A DNA stretch of 64,000 nt from contig DATMSZ010000085.1 in assembly GCA_035565175.1 (NCBI GenBank), forward strand, positions 2,325 to 66,324, given 5' to 3'. A model generated the notes under the pieces. The model had not been told where the DNA came from. It did not search any database and was given only the letters and a program-made list of their open reading frames with translations. The stretch is from Pseudosphingobacterium sp. (lineage in GTDB: Bacteria; Bacteroidota; Bacteroidia; Sphingobacteriales; Sphingobacteriaceae). This document shows positions 51,209-60,000 of this stretch, piece after piece; the first letter of the stretch is position 1; the number at the start of each line of letters is the position of its first letter. The position numbers were made by a program, and so were the translations under genes.

Positions 51209-54200
51209 ATGATCGCAATCAAGAACAAGGCGAAAGGGAATACTATTGGCCTTTATTTAAGAAAAAAAATACATAAGCAGATGTCGGCATGGATGCTGAT
51301 GGCCGCTTTGTTATTGAGTGCCTCGGCGCTTGCTGCTCAGGGTATTAGCCTTCACATGAAAGGCGCTTTGCTGGCAGAAGTTTTTGCTTCAATTGAAAAG
51401 CAATCGGACTACACCTTTTTTTATAACGACCAACTACTCGATAAGACACGTAAAGTGGACCTAACAGTAGAAAACGCTTCGGTGGAAGATGCCCTGAAAG
51501 CGGCTTTAACCACCTTCCACTTAGTTTACGAGATTAAGGGAAAGACTGTTTTTATTAGCGAAAAGCGTGTATCAACTCCTGCACCAATGGCAAAGCAATT
51601 GACGCTGCGCGGAAAGGTACTGGATGAAGGAGGTTTACCTCTTGCGGGGGCTTCCGTACGGGTAAAAGGGTCTACAACGGGGTCATTGACGGATGGGGAT
51701 GGTGCTTTCACCATACGTGCTGCCTCGGGTGTCATTTTGGTTATTTCGTATGTGGGTTATTCGGAAAAAGAAGTGTCTGCGATCGATACGAATATGCTCA
51801 CCATTACATTGGCCGCTACCAGCAATAGTCTCGAACAAATTGTGGTGGTGGGCTATGGTACTTCGCGTAAAGGAAACCTAAGCACCGCTGTAGGCTCAGT
51901 AAAAGGGGAGGAACTATTGGAGCGCCCCTCCGCGCAGAACTTATTACAGGGAATGGCGGGCAAGATTGCAGGGGTAAACATTAACCTAAATTCTGGTAAA
52001 CCGGGTGGTAATCCGGCTATTAAAATTCGGGGCACAGGTTCCATTAATGGTTTGAATACACCGCTTTATGTAATTGATGGAATTGTGGGCGCAGATCCTA
52101 CCACTATTGATCCCAATATTATTCAATCTGTGGACGTGTTGAAGGATGCCTCATCTGCAGCGATCTATGGATCGAGGGGTGCAAATGGAGTAGTAGTCAT
52201 TACCACAAAAAATGGTGATCCGAACAGCTCGCAGATTGCCTTTGATAATACCTTAAGCTTGGCATCACTGCCCCGTGAGCTAGATCTGCTGGATGCTAAT
52301 GGAAGTTTGGAAATGTTTAAGCGACAATATGAATATGTTCCCGGTAGAACGGCACCGCACCTGGATCCTGATAATTTTTTTGCACACAAGGAGGATCTGT
52401 TTAACAGCGATGGAACTCCCAAATATAATGTGAACTGGCAACGTGAAGCAACACGCCTAGCGGTATCGCACCAACATGCCTTGACCTTTTCTGGCGGTAA
52501 GGATAATATCAAAGTGCTGGCCAATGTGTCGTACCGAAACAATGAAGGTATCATGTTGAATAGTTACTACAAACAACTGAATGGTTTTTTGAACCTCGAT
52601 TGGGACGTGAAACCTTGGTTAAACATCAAAGCTAACCTCAATACGGGCGGTTACCAAAGCAATAATATCGATAACAATACCTTGGGACTGAATGCTTTAA
52701 GGCAAAGCTTGGAATATTTGCCTTTCTTGCCTATTACTTATCCTGACGGTACCTATTCTAGAAAGGGGGATTATCCAGGCGCGGAGAACTCAGAAAATCC
52801 TATTAAATTACTTAACGAGGTGAAGAACGTGACGGGGAGGACACAGTCCTTAGGAAACTTGATGGCGACTTTCCGCCTGTCGGATAAATTGGATTACCAT
52901 GCCTCGGTAAGTGGGCAGTTATCCTCTAGCTACAATTTGTACTATGGTGGCAGAACAGTATACGATGTAGCGGAGAACCAGCAAGGGGTTGCCGAGCGTG
53001 GGCATACAGATTTTGGTTCATGGACGACCGAGCATTATTTTTCTTATAATAACAGTTGGAATAAGCATCACCTAAATGCGGTAGCTGGCGCAAGCTGGTA
53101 CTATTACGTTACGTCTAACGACCGCGCTGGGGCCGAGGGTTTCTTTGATGATTTTTTCCAATACAATAACTTAGGGACAGGTACCACACCACGAATACCG
53201 ACCTCCGGAAAAACGGAGAATCAGTTGAATTCTTATTTTACGAGGGCTAATTATAATTTCGACGATCGTTATCTCTTTGGAGCCTCTTTCCGGGTAGATG
53301 GCAGCTCGCGTTTTGGCGACAACAATAAATATGGTTATTTCCCTTCTTTCTCTGCAGCATGGCGTATTTCGCAGGAGTCTTTCTTTAAAAATATGAATAC
53401 GCGCATTGACGATCTAAAGCTGAGGGCTAGCTATGGCATTGTGGGCAATGCGGAAATTGGCGATTATGTTACCTTAAACCGGTACAATAATGGTCAGGCG
53501 GTTTTTAATAATAATTATGAATCGGCAGTCACCTTAGCAGCCTTGGGAAATCCGGATCTACGCTGGGAGAAGGCAAAACAATTGGATATTGGCCTGGATA
53601 TCATGCTCTTTAACGGTCGCTTATCATTAACGACCGATATCTACAATAAGCGCAATGATGACCTGCTTTACCTTCGAAAGCTTCCGCTGACAACGGGTTA
53701 TGCCAATGTGTTCGATAACATTGGAAGTATCCGGAATAAGGGTATCGAGCTTGGCATCAATACCATCAATGTAAAAAAGGATGATTTTACCTGGACTACT
53801 GGCTATAACTTCTCTATCAATCGTTCAGAGGTAATCGATATCAATAACGACGTGATTTACCCTTGGTTCGGTCGTATTATCGCTGGTGGTCCGTTAAACG
53901 AATTCTTCGGCTATGAGCGCTTGGGGGTATGGGGTACGGATGAACTGGAGCAGGCTGCGCAGTATGGTAAAAAGCCCGGTGATATCAAATATCGCGACAC
54001 CAACGGAAATGGTGTAAAGGACGCGGATGATCGCGTTAACTTGGGCAACGCTATGCCGAAATGGGAAATGAACATGACGAATACGATAAGCTATAAAGGT
54101 TTTTCCTTGTTTATCGATTTACAAGGGGTTTATGGAAGTCATGTTATCAGTTTAGCAAAGGTACTTATGCTTAATCCAGGACCAAATGTAAACAGCTTTA

Positions 54201-54556
54201 CATCAATTCTGAATGCTTGGACACCTCAAAATCAGGAAACGATGCTTGGACAGTTAAGGGTTAATTCGGATGGTTTTGACAATGAGGGAGGCGACTCTTT
54301 TAATGTGGAGGATGCCTCTTTCCTGCGTGTACGTAACGTAGGTTTGTCTTATCGATTCAACAAAAATTGCTTACAAAAAATAAAATTGAATACATTGGTA
54401 TTGGGCGTTAACGTAGAGAATGCGCTACTTTTCACTGGATACACCGGTTACGATCCAGAAGTGACCTCTTTCGACGCTGCCTTAAATCAGGGAGTGGATG
54501 TTTATCAATATCCTAAACCCAGAACAATCTCTTTTTCGCTTAAAACTAGCTTTTAA
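51209..54556 (+). CDS. SusC/RagA-type TonB-dependent transporter with an N-terminal STN domain (PUL-C)
   Basis: STN-like segment (LAEVFASIEKQSDYTFFY). Plug signature (QIVVVGYGTSRKGNLSTAV). Terminal F. An alternative start exists at 51281. Confidence 0.9.
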   Translation: MIAIKNKAKGNTIGLYLRKKIHKQMSAWMLMAALLLSASALAAQGISLHMKGALLAEVFASIEKQSDYTFFYNDQLLDKTRKVDLTVENASVEDALKAALTTFHLVYEIKGKTVFISEKRVSTPAPMAKQLTLRGKVLDEGGLPLAGASVRVKGSTTGSLTDGDGAFTIRAASGVILVISYVGYSEKEVSAIDTNMLTITLAATSNSLEQIVVVGYGTSRKGNLSTAVGSVKGEELLERPSAQNLLQGMAGKIAGVNINLNSGKPGGNPAIKIRGTGSINGLNTPLYVIDGIVGADPTTIDPNIIQSVDVLKDASSAAIYGSRGANGVVVITTKNGDPNSSQIAFDNTLSLASLPRELDLLDANGSLEMFKRQYEYVPGRTAPHLDPDNFFAHKEDLFNSDGTPKYNVNWQREATRLAVSHQHALTFSGGKDNIKVLANVSYRNNEGIMLNSYYKQLNGFLNLDWDVKPWLNIKANLNTGGYQSNNIDNNTLGLNALRQSLEYLPFLPITYPDGTYSRKGDYPGAENSENPIKLLNEVKNVTGRTQSLGNLMATFRLSDKLDYHASVSGQLSSSYNLYYGGRTVYDVAENQQGVAERGHTDFGSWTTEHYFSYNNSWNKHHLNAVAGASWYYYVTSNDRAGAEGFFDDFFQYNNLGTGTTPRIPTSGKTENQLNSYFTRANYNFDDRYLFGASFRVDGSSRFGDNNKYGYFPSFSAAWRISQESFFKNMNTRIDDLKLRASYGIVGNAEIGDYVTLNRYNNGQAVFNNNYESAVTLAALGNPDLRWEKAKQLDIGLDIMLFNGRLSLTTDIYNKRNDDLLYLRKLPLTTGYANVFDNIGSIRNKGIELGINTINVKKDDFTWTTGYNFSINRSEVIDINNDVIYPWFGRIIAGGPLNEFFGYERLGVWGTDELEQAAQYGKKPGDIKYRDTNGNGVKDADDRVNLGNAMPKWEMNMTNTISYKGFSLFIDLQGVYGSHVISLAKVLMLNPGPNVNSFTSILNAWTPQNQETMLGQLRVNSDGFDNEGGDSFNVEDASFLRVRNVGLSYRFNKNCLQKIKLNTLVLGVNVENALLFTGYTGYDPEVTSFDAALNQGVDVYQYPKPRTISFSLKTSF

Positions 54557-56043
54557 TGATTATGAACAACATCTTCAAAATATCCTTAATGATCTTAGTG
54601 TTCTTTAGTTCCTGCAGTAAATTCTTGGAAGAAGAACCGGCCAGCTTCTTGACTACCGATCAATATTATAAAACGGAAGACCAGATTCAGGCAGCGGCAA
54701 ATGGCACTTATGCGGGTTTGAACATGCCTTTTTCAAGCGAAATTACCGTGGCCGCTAGCCCGGTATATGCGTTGGAATATATAACCGGATACAGTCGACG
54801 CCCACGGCCCTCGGGTGGCGCAGATGATCAATTCTTACTCTTGCAGAACATCGAGAATTCAAACGGTCGATTTGAAACCTGGTGGAGCTCCACCTATATA
54901 CCCATCGAGAACTGTAATAGCTTTATTGCCAATGTATCACAGACAACCGTAGTGAACGAGGAGAAGAAGAATCGGTTTTTGGGTGAGGTGTATTTTCTAC
55001 GTGCTTACTACTATTTCCGCGCCGTGCGATTATTTGGAAGCATCCCGTTGAAAACCGAACCTACGCAGAACCTGGATAACATTTTGATAGGAAAAGCATC
55101 TATAGATGATATTTATGCTCAAATTGTAGGTGACTTACAGTTTGCGGAAAATGCGGGTTTGCCATGGACCGATAAGAGTGGCCGCATTAATCTGGCAGCG
55201 GTGAAAGGGCTATTGGCGGAGGTATACATGACAATGGCGGGTTATCCTTTGCAAAAGGGAGCTTCTTATTATCAAATGGCTTACGATAAAGCAATAGAGG
55301 TGATCAACAGTGGTGAGTATAGCTTGTTTACGCGTTATGCTGATTTACGTGACGCTGCTAAGAATAATGCCGGTGAGCATATTTTGATGAATCAGCGGGA
55401 CCAGCGTAATGCTAACAGTATTATCCATTTCAATTTCGTACCCTACCCGGAACCGCCAGAGCCAGTATCAGTCATTCCGAACTTTGGTGGGGCCATGGCA
55501 CCTACCTTGGCCTTTTATAATTCTTTCGCGAGCGATGATCTGCGCAAACAGGAGAAACAGTTTTTTTATAATGTAAAATACGTTGGTGATGCTCCCGGGA
55601 AAGTAAATCCTTTCATTTATAAATTTTGGGATGATGCTGCCGAAGAGACGTCCCGATCGGGCGCTAATTTTCCGCTGATGCGATACGCAGATCTTTTGTT
55701 ACTTTGTTCGGAAGCAAAAACTAGGATAGATGGCGGTTCAACAGGCGATGCGGCAGCTGTTGATGCCTATTATGCGGTACGTTCGCGGGCATTTCCGGGT
55801 TTGCCAAGGCTAGCCAGCATTAGTACAGATGAGGTGCTAAAGGAACGGTATTGGGAATTGTGTTTTGAATTCCATACCTGGTTTGATATGCAACGAACAA
55901 GAAAGGCGTTCGATGTAGAGCATAATCGGATTGTCGATCTGATTGGTTTTAAAGCACCGAACCATGTGAATGCTTTCCGAGAAGCAGATCTGCTATGGCC
56001 GATACCGCTTTCGGAAATACAGGCTAACCCCAATTTAAAGTAG
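54556..56043 (+). CDS. SusD/RagB-family lipoprotein (PUL-C)
   Basis: Lipobox (VFFSSC). The ATG overlaps the susC stop (TAATG). C-terminal motifs are present (ERYWELCFEFHTWFDMQR, LLWPIP). Confidence 0.9.
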   Translation: MIMNNIFKISLMILVFFSSCSKFLEEEPASFLTTDQYYKTEDQIQAAANGTYAGLNMPFSSEITVAASPVYALEYITGYSRRPRPSGGADDQFLLLQNIENSNGRFETWWSSTYIPIENCNSFIANVSQTTVVNEEKKNRFLGEVYFLRAYYYFRAVRLFGSIPLKTEPTQNLDNILIGKASIDDIYAQIVGDLQFAENAGLPWTDKSGRINLAAVKGLLAEVYMTMAGYPLQKGASYYQMAYDKAIEVINSGEYSLFTRYADLRDAAKNNAGEHILMNQRDQRNANSIIHFNFVPYPEPPEPVSVIPNFGGAMAPTLAFYNSFASDDLRKQEKQFFYNVKYVGDAPGKVNPFIYKFWDDAAEETSRSGANFPLMRYADLLLLCSEAKTRIDGGSTGDAAAVDAYYAVRSRAFPGLPRLASISTDEVLKERYWELCFEFHTWFDMQRTRKAFDVEHNRIVDLIGFKAPNHVNAFREADLLWPIPLSEIQANPNLK

Positions 56044-56054
56044 TTTATTGACCA

Positions 56055-58604
56055 ATGAGAAAAGGGTTCATAAAATCGGTTTATTGTTTATGCTTATGTT
56101 TGTTTGGCGCTTCTTTTTTGAAGGCACAAACGGCCTACTTTGTGGATGGTTATCACGGTGGAAAATGGGGACATTATCCACCCCAATATACCAGCTTTAT
56201 AGTGGAGCAGCTGCAACGCCATCCAGATTGGAAAATCAATTTGGAAATTGAGCCTGAAACTTGGGAATGGGTGAAAGCGGTAGACCACGATGGTTATAAA
56301 GAGTTGGTCTCGCTAATGGCCAACCAGTCGCCCTCCAGTCGCATAGAATACGTAAATCCGAGCTATGGACAGCCGTATATGTACAATATCTCGGGCGAAA
56401 GTATCATTCGACAATTTGCCTACGGTATGGAGCTTTTGCGGTATCACTTTCCGAACATTCTCTTTGAAACGTATTCATCGGAAGAGCCCTGTTTTACGAG
56501 TGCATTACCGCAAATCTTAAAAGGCTTCGGTTTTAAATACGCGTCTTTAAAAAATCCGAATACCTGTTGGGGAGGTTATGTACGAGCCTATGGCAAGGAA
56601 ATGGTGGATTGGATTGGTCCTGATGGTACGGGCATTCCCGCCGTACCGCGTTATGAGATGGAAAGCTTAAAACCTGGTTCTACCTGGGAGACGATTGCCA
56701 GCTATAACAGCCGTTCGTTTATTACCAAGGCCTTGGATGATGGTATTGAACACCCGCTGGGAATGTGTCTGCAGGATGCCGGTTGGAAAAATGGCCCTTG
56801 GCTAGGTGTAGGCAAGGGAGACTATCATCCCACTCAATATGTTACTTGGCGGAACTATTTTGAAAATATTAGTACCCGTCGGGATTTAGAAAAATGGCGA
56901 CTTTCACAGGAGGATATTCAGGTGAGCCTTGTTTGGGGTGCGCAGGTGTTACAACGGATTGCCCAGCAGGTGCGCAAGGCCGAAAATAAGTTGTTAATGG
57001 CCGAAAAGTGGGCGGCAATGGATCGTGCTTTTTACGGGACAATGTGGCCGAATGCTGCTTTTAAGAGTGCTTGGCATTCACTTTTATTGGCACAACATCA
57101 TGATTGTTGGATTGTTCCTTACAATAAGGTGGATAGCCTAAACTGGGCAGGAAAAGTACGGCAATGGACAAACACTACCCAAGAAGTGGCGGATAAGGTG
57201 ATGTCAGCAAATACAACCCATAGTAATTCGATACCATCTACTTTGAAAGTGCGAAATGTGTTGCCTTACGAACGAAATGAACTCGTGGATTATGACTTTA
57301 CTGGATCGGATCCAGATACCACCTTAGCGGTGCTGGATGCACAAGGATATCCGGTGCCTACGCAATGGAGCCTAGAAGATGGCGGACGACACCTCCTTTT
57401 TAAGGCGCGGGTGCCGGCAATGGGAGAAGCGATGTATCGACTGGGAAAAAGAACGGCTACACGAAAACCTTTTGCACAGGTGAAAAGGGAAGGAGACAAA
57501 TTGATAATAGAAACTGACCAACATTTGATGCATTTGGATGTGCGTTTAGGAGGGGTGATTAGTAGTCTGAAATGGAAGGATCGGCCTGATAAGGAATGGG
57601 TAGACACTTCTTTGAATAAGGGATTTAACGAATTGAGAGGCTTTTTTTATGAGGAGAACCGTTTTCTTTCGAGTGCAGAAAATAGGGCGGAAGTAACGAT
57701 ATTGGAACAAGGAGAAGTCCGTTTGAAGATCAAGGTAAAGGGAGAGATTGCAGGTCATTCATTTATGCAATATATATGTTTAACAAAAGGAGATCCACGT
57801 ATTGATTTTCAGTTAGTTATTGACTGGGAAGGGCAAGCCCAGATTGGTCAATTTAACGATGAGCAAGTTCGCTTGGAAAATAGGAAAAAAGCTTTTTATA
57901 ATGATTACTATAAATTGTTACTGCTATTCCCCGCTAAGCTGGACAAACAGCGTATTGCAAAGAATGCCCCCTTTGATGTGACGGAAAGCACGTTGGGAAG
58001 TACTTTTTTTGACAGTTGGGACAGCATCAAAAATAACGTAGTGCTCGATTGGGTGGATGCGACGGATGGAGCAAAACAGCAAGGACTCGCTTTGTTCAGC
58101 GATCACACTACCTCTTATGCGCATAGCAAACAACATCCCTTGGCATTGAACGTACAATATATTGGCAAGGGCTTATGGGGACGAAACTACGACGTGGATG
58201 GACCTACGCATGTGCGTTATAGTTTATTGCTGCACGAAGGGGATTGGGCCAAAGCGCAGCTTTGGTATGCGAATGACATGATCGTAAATCCGCTAACAGC
58301 GCTGGCTTGGGATGAGAAACCGCTTCCTAAAGAAGGGTCTTTAGTAGCGTTCAGCAAACCCGGTTATGAGCTCAGCGCGCTGCAATATGATGGGGAAGAC
58401 TTATTGTTGCGTGTGTTCAATGCGGCAAGTGATGAAAAACCGCTTGAAATAAATCTTGGCTTGCCCGTAGTGAATGCTCAAATGGAAGGTTTAAATAAGA
58501 ATGTCATTGAAGAACTAAAAGTAGGGCGAGAAGGGAGCTCAGCAAAACTGACAGTAGGGATGCCCCGCTTTGGCTTTCGTACATTACGGATTAAAATAAA
58601 ATAA
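56055..58604 (+). CDS. GH38-like (alpha-mannosidase-fold) protein with non-canonical active-site motifs
   Basis: SGESIIRQFAYGMELL, ALPQILKGFGFKYASL and LLLAQHHDCW resemble conserved GH38 blocks. A signal peptide is present. The gene lies in a locus with two GH92 genes. Confidence 0.55.
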   Translation: MRKGFIKSVYCLCLCLFGASFLKAQTAYFVDGYHGGKWGHYPPQYTSFIVEQLQRHPDWKINLEIEPETWEWVKAVDHDGYKELVSLMANQSPSSRIEYVNPSYGQPYMYNISGESIIRQFAYGMELLRYHFPNILFETYSSEEPCFTSALPQILKGFGFKYASLKNPNTCWGGYVRAYGKEMVDWIGPDGTGIPAVPRYEMESLKPGSTWETIASYNSRSFITKALDDGIEHPLGMCLQDAGWKNGPWLGVGKGDYHPTQYVTWRNYFENISTRRDLEKWRLSQEDIQVSLVWGAQVLQRIAQQVRKAENKLLMAEKWAAMDRAFYGTMWPNAAFKSAWHSLLLAQHHDCWIVPYNKVDSLNWAGKVRQWTNTTQEVADKVMSANTTHSNSIPSTLKVRNVLPYERNELVDYDFTGSDPDTTLAVLDAQGYPVPTQWSLEDGGRHLLFKARVPAMGEAMYRLGKRTATRKPFAQVKREGDKLIIETDQHLMHLDVRLGGVISSLKWKDRPDKEWVDTSLNKGFNELRGFFYEENRFLSSAENRAEVTILEQGEVRLKIKVKGEIAGHSFMQYICLTKGDPRIDFQLVIDWEGQAQIGQFNDEQVRLENRKKAFYNDYYKLLLLFPAKLDKQRIAKNAPFDVTESTLGSTFFDSWDSIKNNVVLDWVDATDGAKQQGLALFSDHTTSYAHSKQHPLALNVQYIGKGLWGRNYDVDGPTHVRYSLLLHEGDWAKAQLWYANDMIVNPLTALAWDEKPLPKEGSLVAFSKPGYELSALQYDGEDLLLRVFNAASDEKPLEINLGLPVVNAQMEGLNKNVIEELKVGREGSSAKLTVGMPRFGFRTLRIKIK

Positions 58605-58613
58605 CGTTATAAG

Positions 58614-59996
58614 ATGAAGATGAAATACTTTTTACTAAGCTTACTGATCGTTTGCAAATTAGGTTATGGGCAATCGGTCAAACCTTTCAAAGATGGCGAT
58701 AGAGTTGTGTTTGCGGGAAACAGCATTACCGAGGCGGGCCTCTACGAGAATTACATCTGGTTATATTATATGACGCATTTTCCGGAAATGAATCTGCAAA
58801 TTTTTAATGGTGGAATTGGAGGGGATGTTTCAGGACAGATTTATGACCGGCTAGCTAAAGATATTTTGGGAAAGAACCCTTCGGCGTTGGTCGTTACTTT
58901 TGGAATGAACGATAGTAAATATTTTGAATACCAAGACACCACGCAAACGGAAAAAATACGTAAAGAGGCGGTTGACACCTCTTATGCCAGCTTCTTGAAA
59001 ATAGAAACCTTGTTGAAAGGTCGTCCTGCTATCCGGAAAATCATCATGTCGTCTTCACCTTATGATGAGACAATGCTGAATAAGAACAATTATTTCAAAG
59101 GTAAAAGTGCTACCATAGCGCTAATTGCCCGTTTTCAAAAGCAGGTGGCAGCTCAAAATAATTGGGAGTACGTGGATTTGTTAGGTCCAATGTTGTCAAT
59201 TACGCGGCGAGAACAAATAAAAAAACCTGATTTTACGCTGACAGGACCAGATCGCATCCATCCGGGAAGTGCCGGTCATTTCGTAATGGCTTATCTTTTT
59301 CTGAAAACACAGGGCTTGGCAGGAAAAGCTGTCGCGGATGTGTCTATTGATGCAATTGGGCAAAAGCTTGTGAAAAGCGACAACGCGGATATCAACTCTT
59401 TAAAGATCGATCGATCGGGCTTAAGTTTCAATTATTTGGCAAAGTCACTTCCTTTTCCTATTGATACTTTGCCAAGGGTATGGGAAAATAAACAGGTGCA
59501 AAAGGATGCGTTGGCGGTCATTCCTTTTACCAGGGAATTTAATCAGGAACGCCTTGTGGTAAATGGCCTGAAAGCTGGTAATTATGTGTTGAAAATTGAC
59601 GGACAAGTGATGGGAACCTTCAGTGCTGCGGCGTGGATGAAGGGGGTGAACCTGGCCGAAATAACGCATACACCGCAGTATAAACAGGCGCTTGAACTGA
59701 TGGAGCTTAATCGAAAACATCGTGAACTAGAACTAAAGTTTAGAAACTACTATTGGGTGAATTATAACTTTTTAAAGGCAAAGAATCTGTTGTTCGACGA
59801 TTCTGATGTTGCTCGAGACACGATCATGAAGCATCAGGAGGATAATGGTTGGCTAAAAGCGAAAACGGCAGATTATGAACAAGTACGGTTGCCTGATTCA
59901 CGTAAACAATTAGAACAGGGGATGCAGGCACTGCGTGATAAAATGTATCGCCTAAATAAACCAACAAAACATCAGATCACTATAACAGCTCTATAA
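58614..59996 (+). CDS. SGNH/GDSL-type esterase with a ~220-aa C-terminal extension
   Basis: All four SGNH blocks are present: FAGNSITE (I), NGGIGGD (II), TFGMNDS (III), PDRIHPGSAGH (V). A signal peptide is present. Confidence 0.8.
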   Translation: MKMKYFLLSLLIVCKLGYGQSVKPFKDGDRVVFAGNSITEAGLYENYIWLYYMTHFPEMNLQIFNGGIGGDVSGQIYDRLAKDILGKNPSALVVTFGMNDSKYFEYQDTTQTEKIRKEAVDTSYASFLKIETLLKGRPAIRKIIMSSSPYDETMLNKNNYFKGKSATIALIARFQKQVAAQNNWEYVDLLGPMLSITRREQIKKPDFTLTGPDRIHPGSAGHFVMAYLFLKTQGLAGKAVADVSIDAIGQKLVKSDNADINSLKIDRSGLSFNYLAKSLPFPIDTLPRVWENKQVQKDALAVIPFTREFNQERLVVNGLKAGNYVLKIDGQVMGTFSAAAWMKGVNLAEITHTPQYKQALELMELNRKHRELELKFRNYYWVNYNFLKAKNLLFDDSDVARDTIMKHQEDNGWLKAKTADYEQVRLPDSRKQLEQGMQALRDKMYRLNKPTKHQITITAL

Positions 59997-60000
59997 TCAT

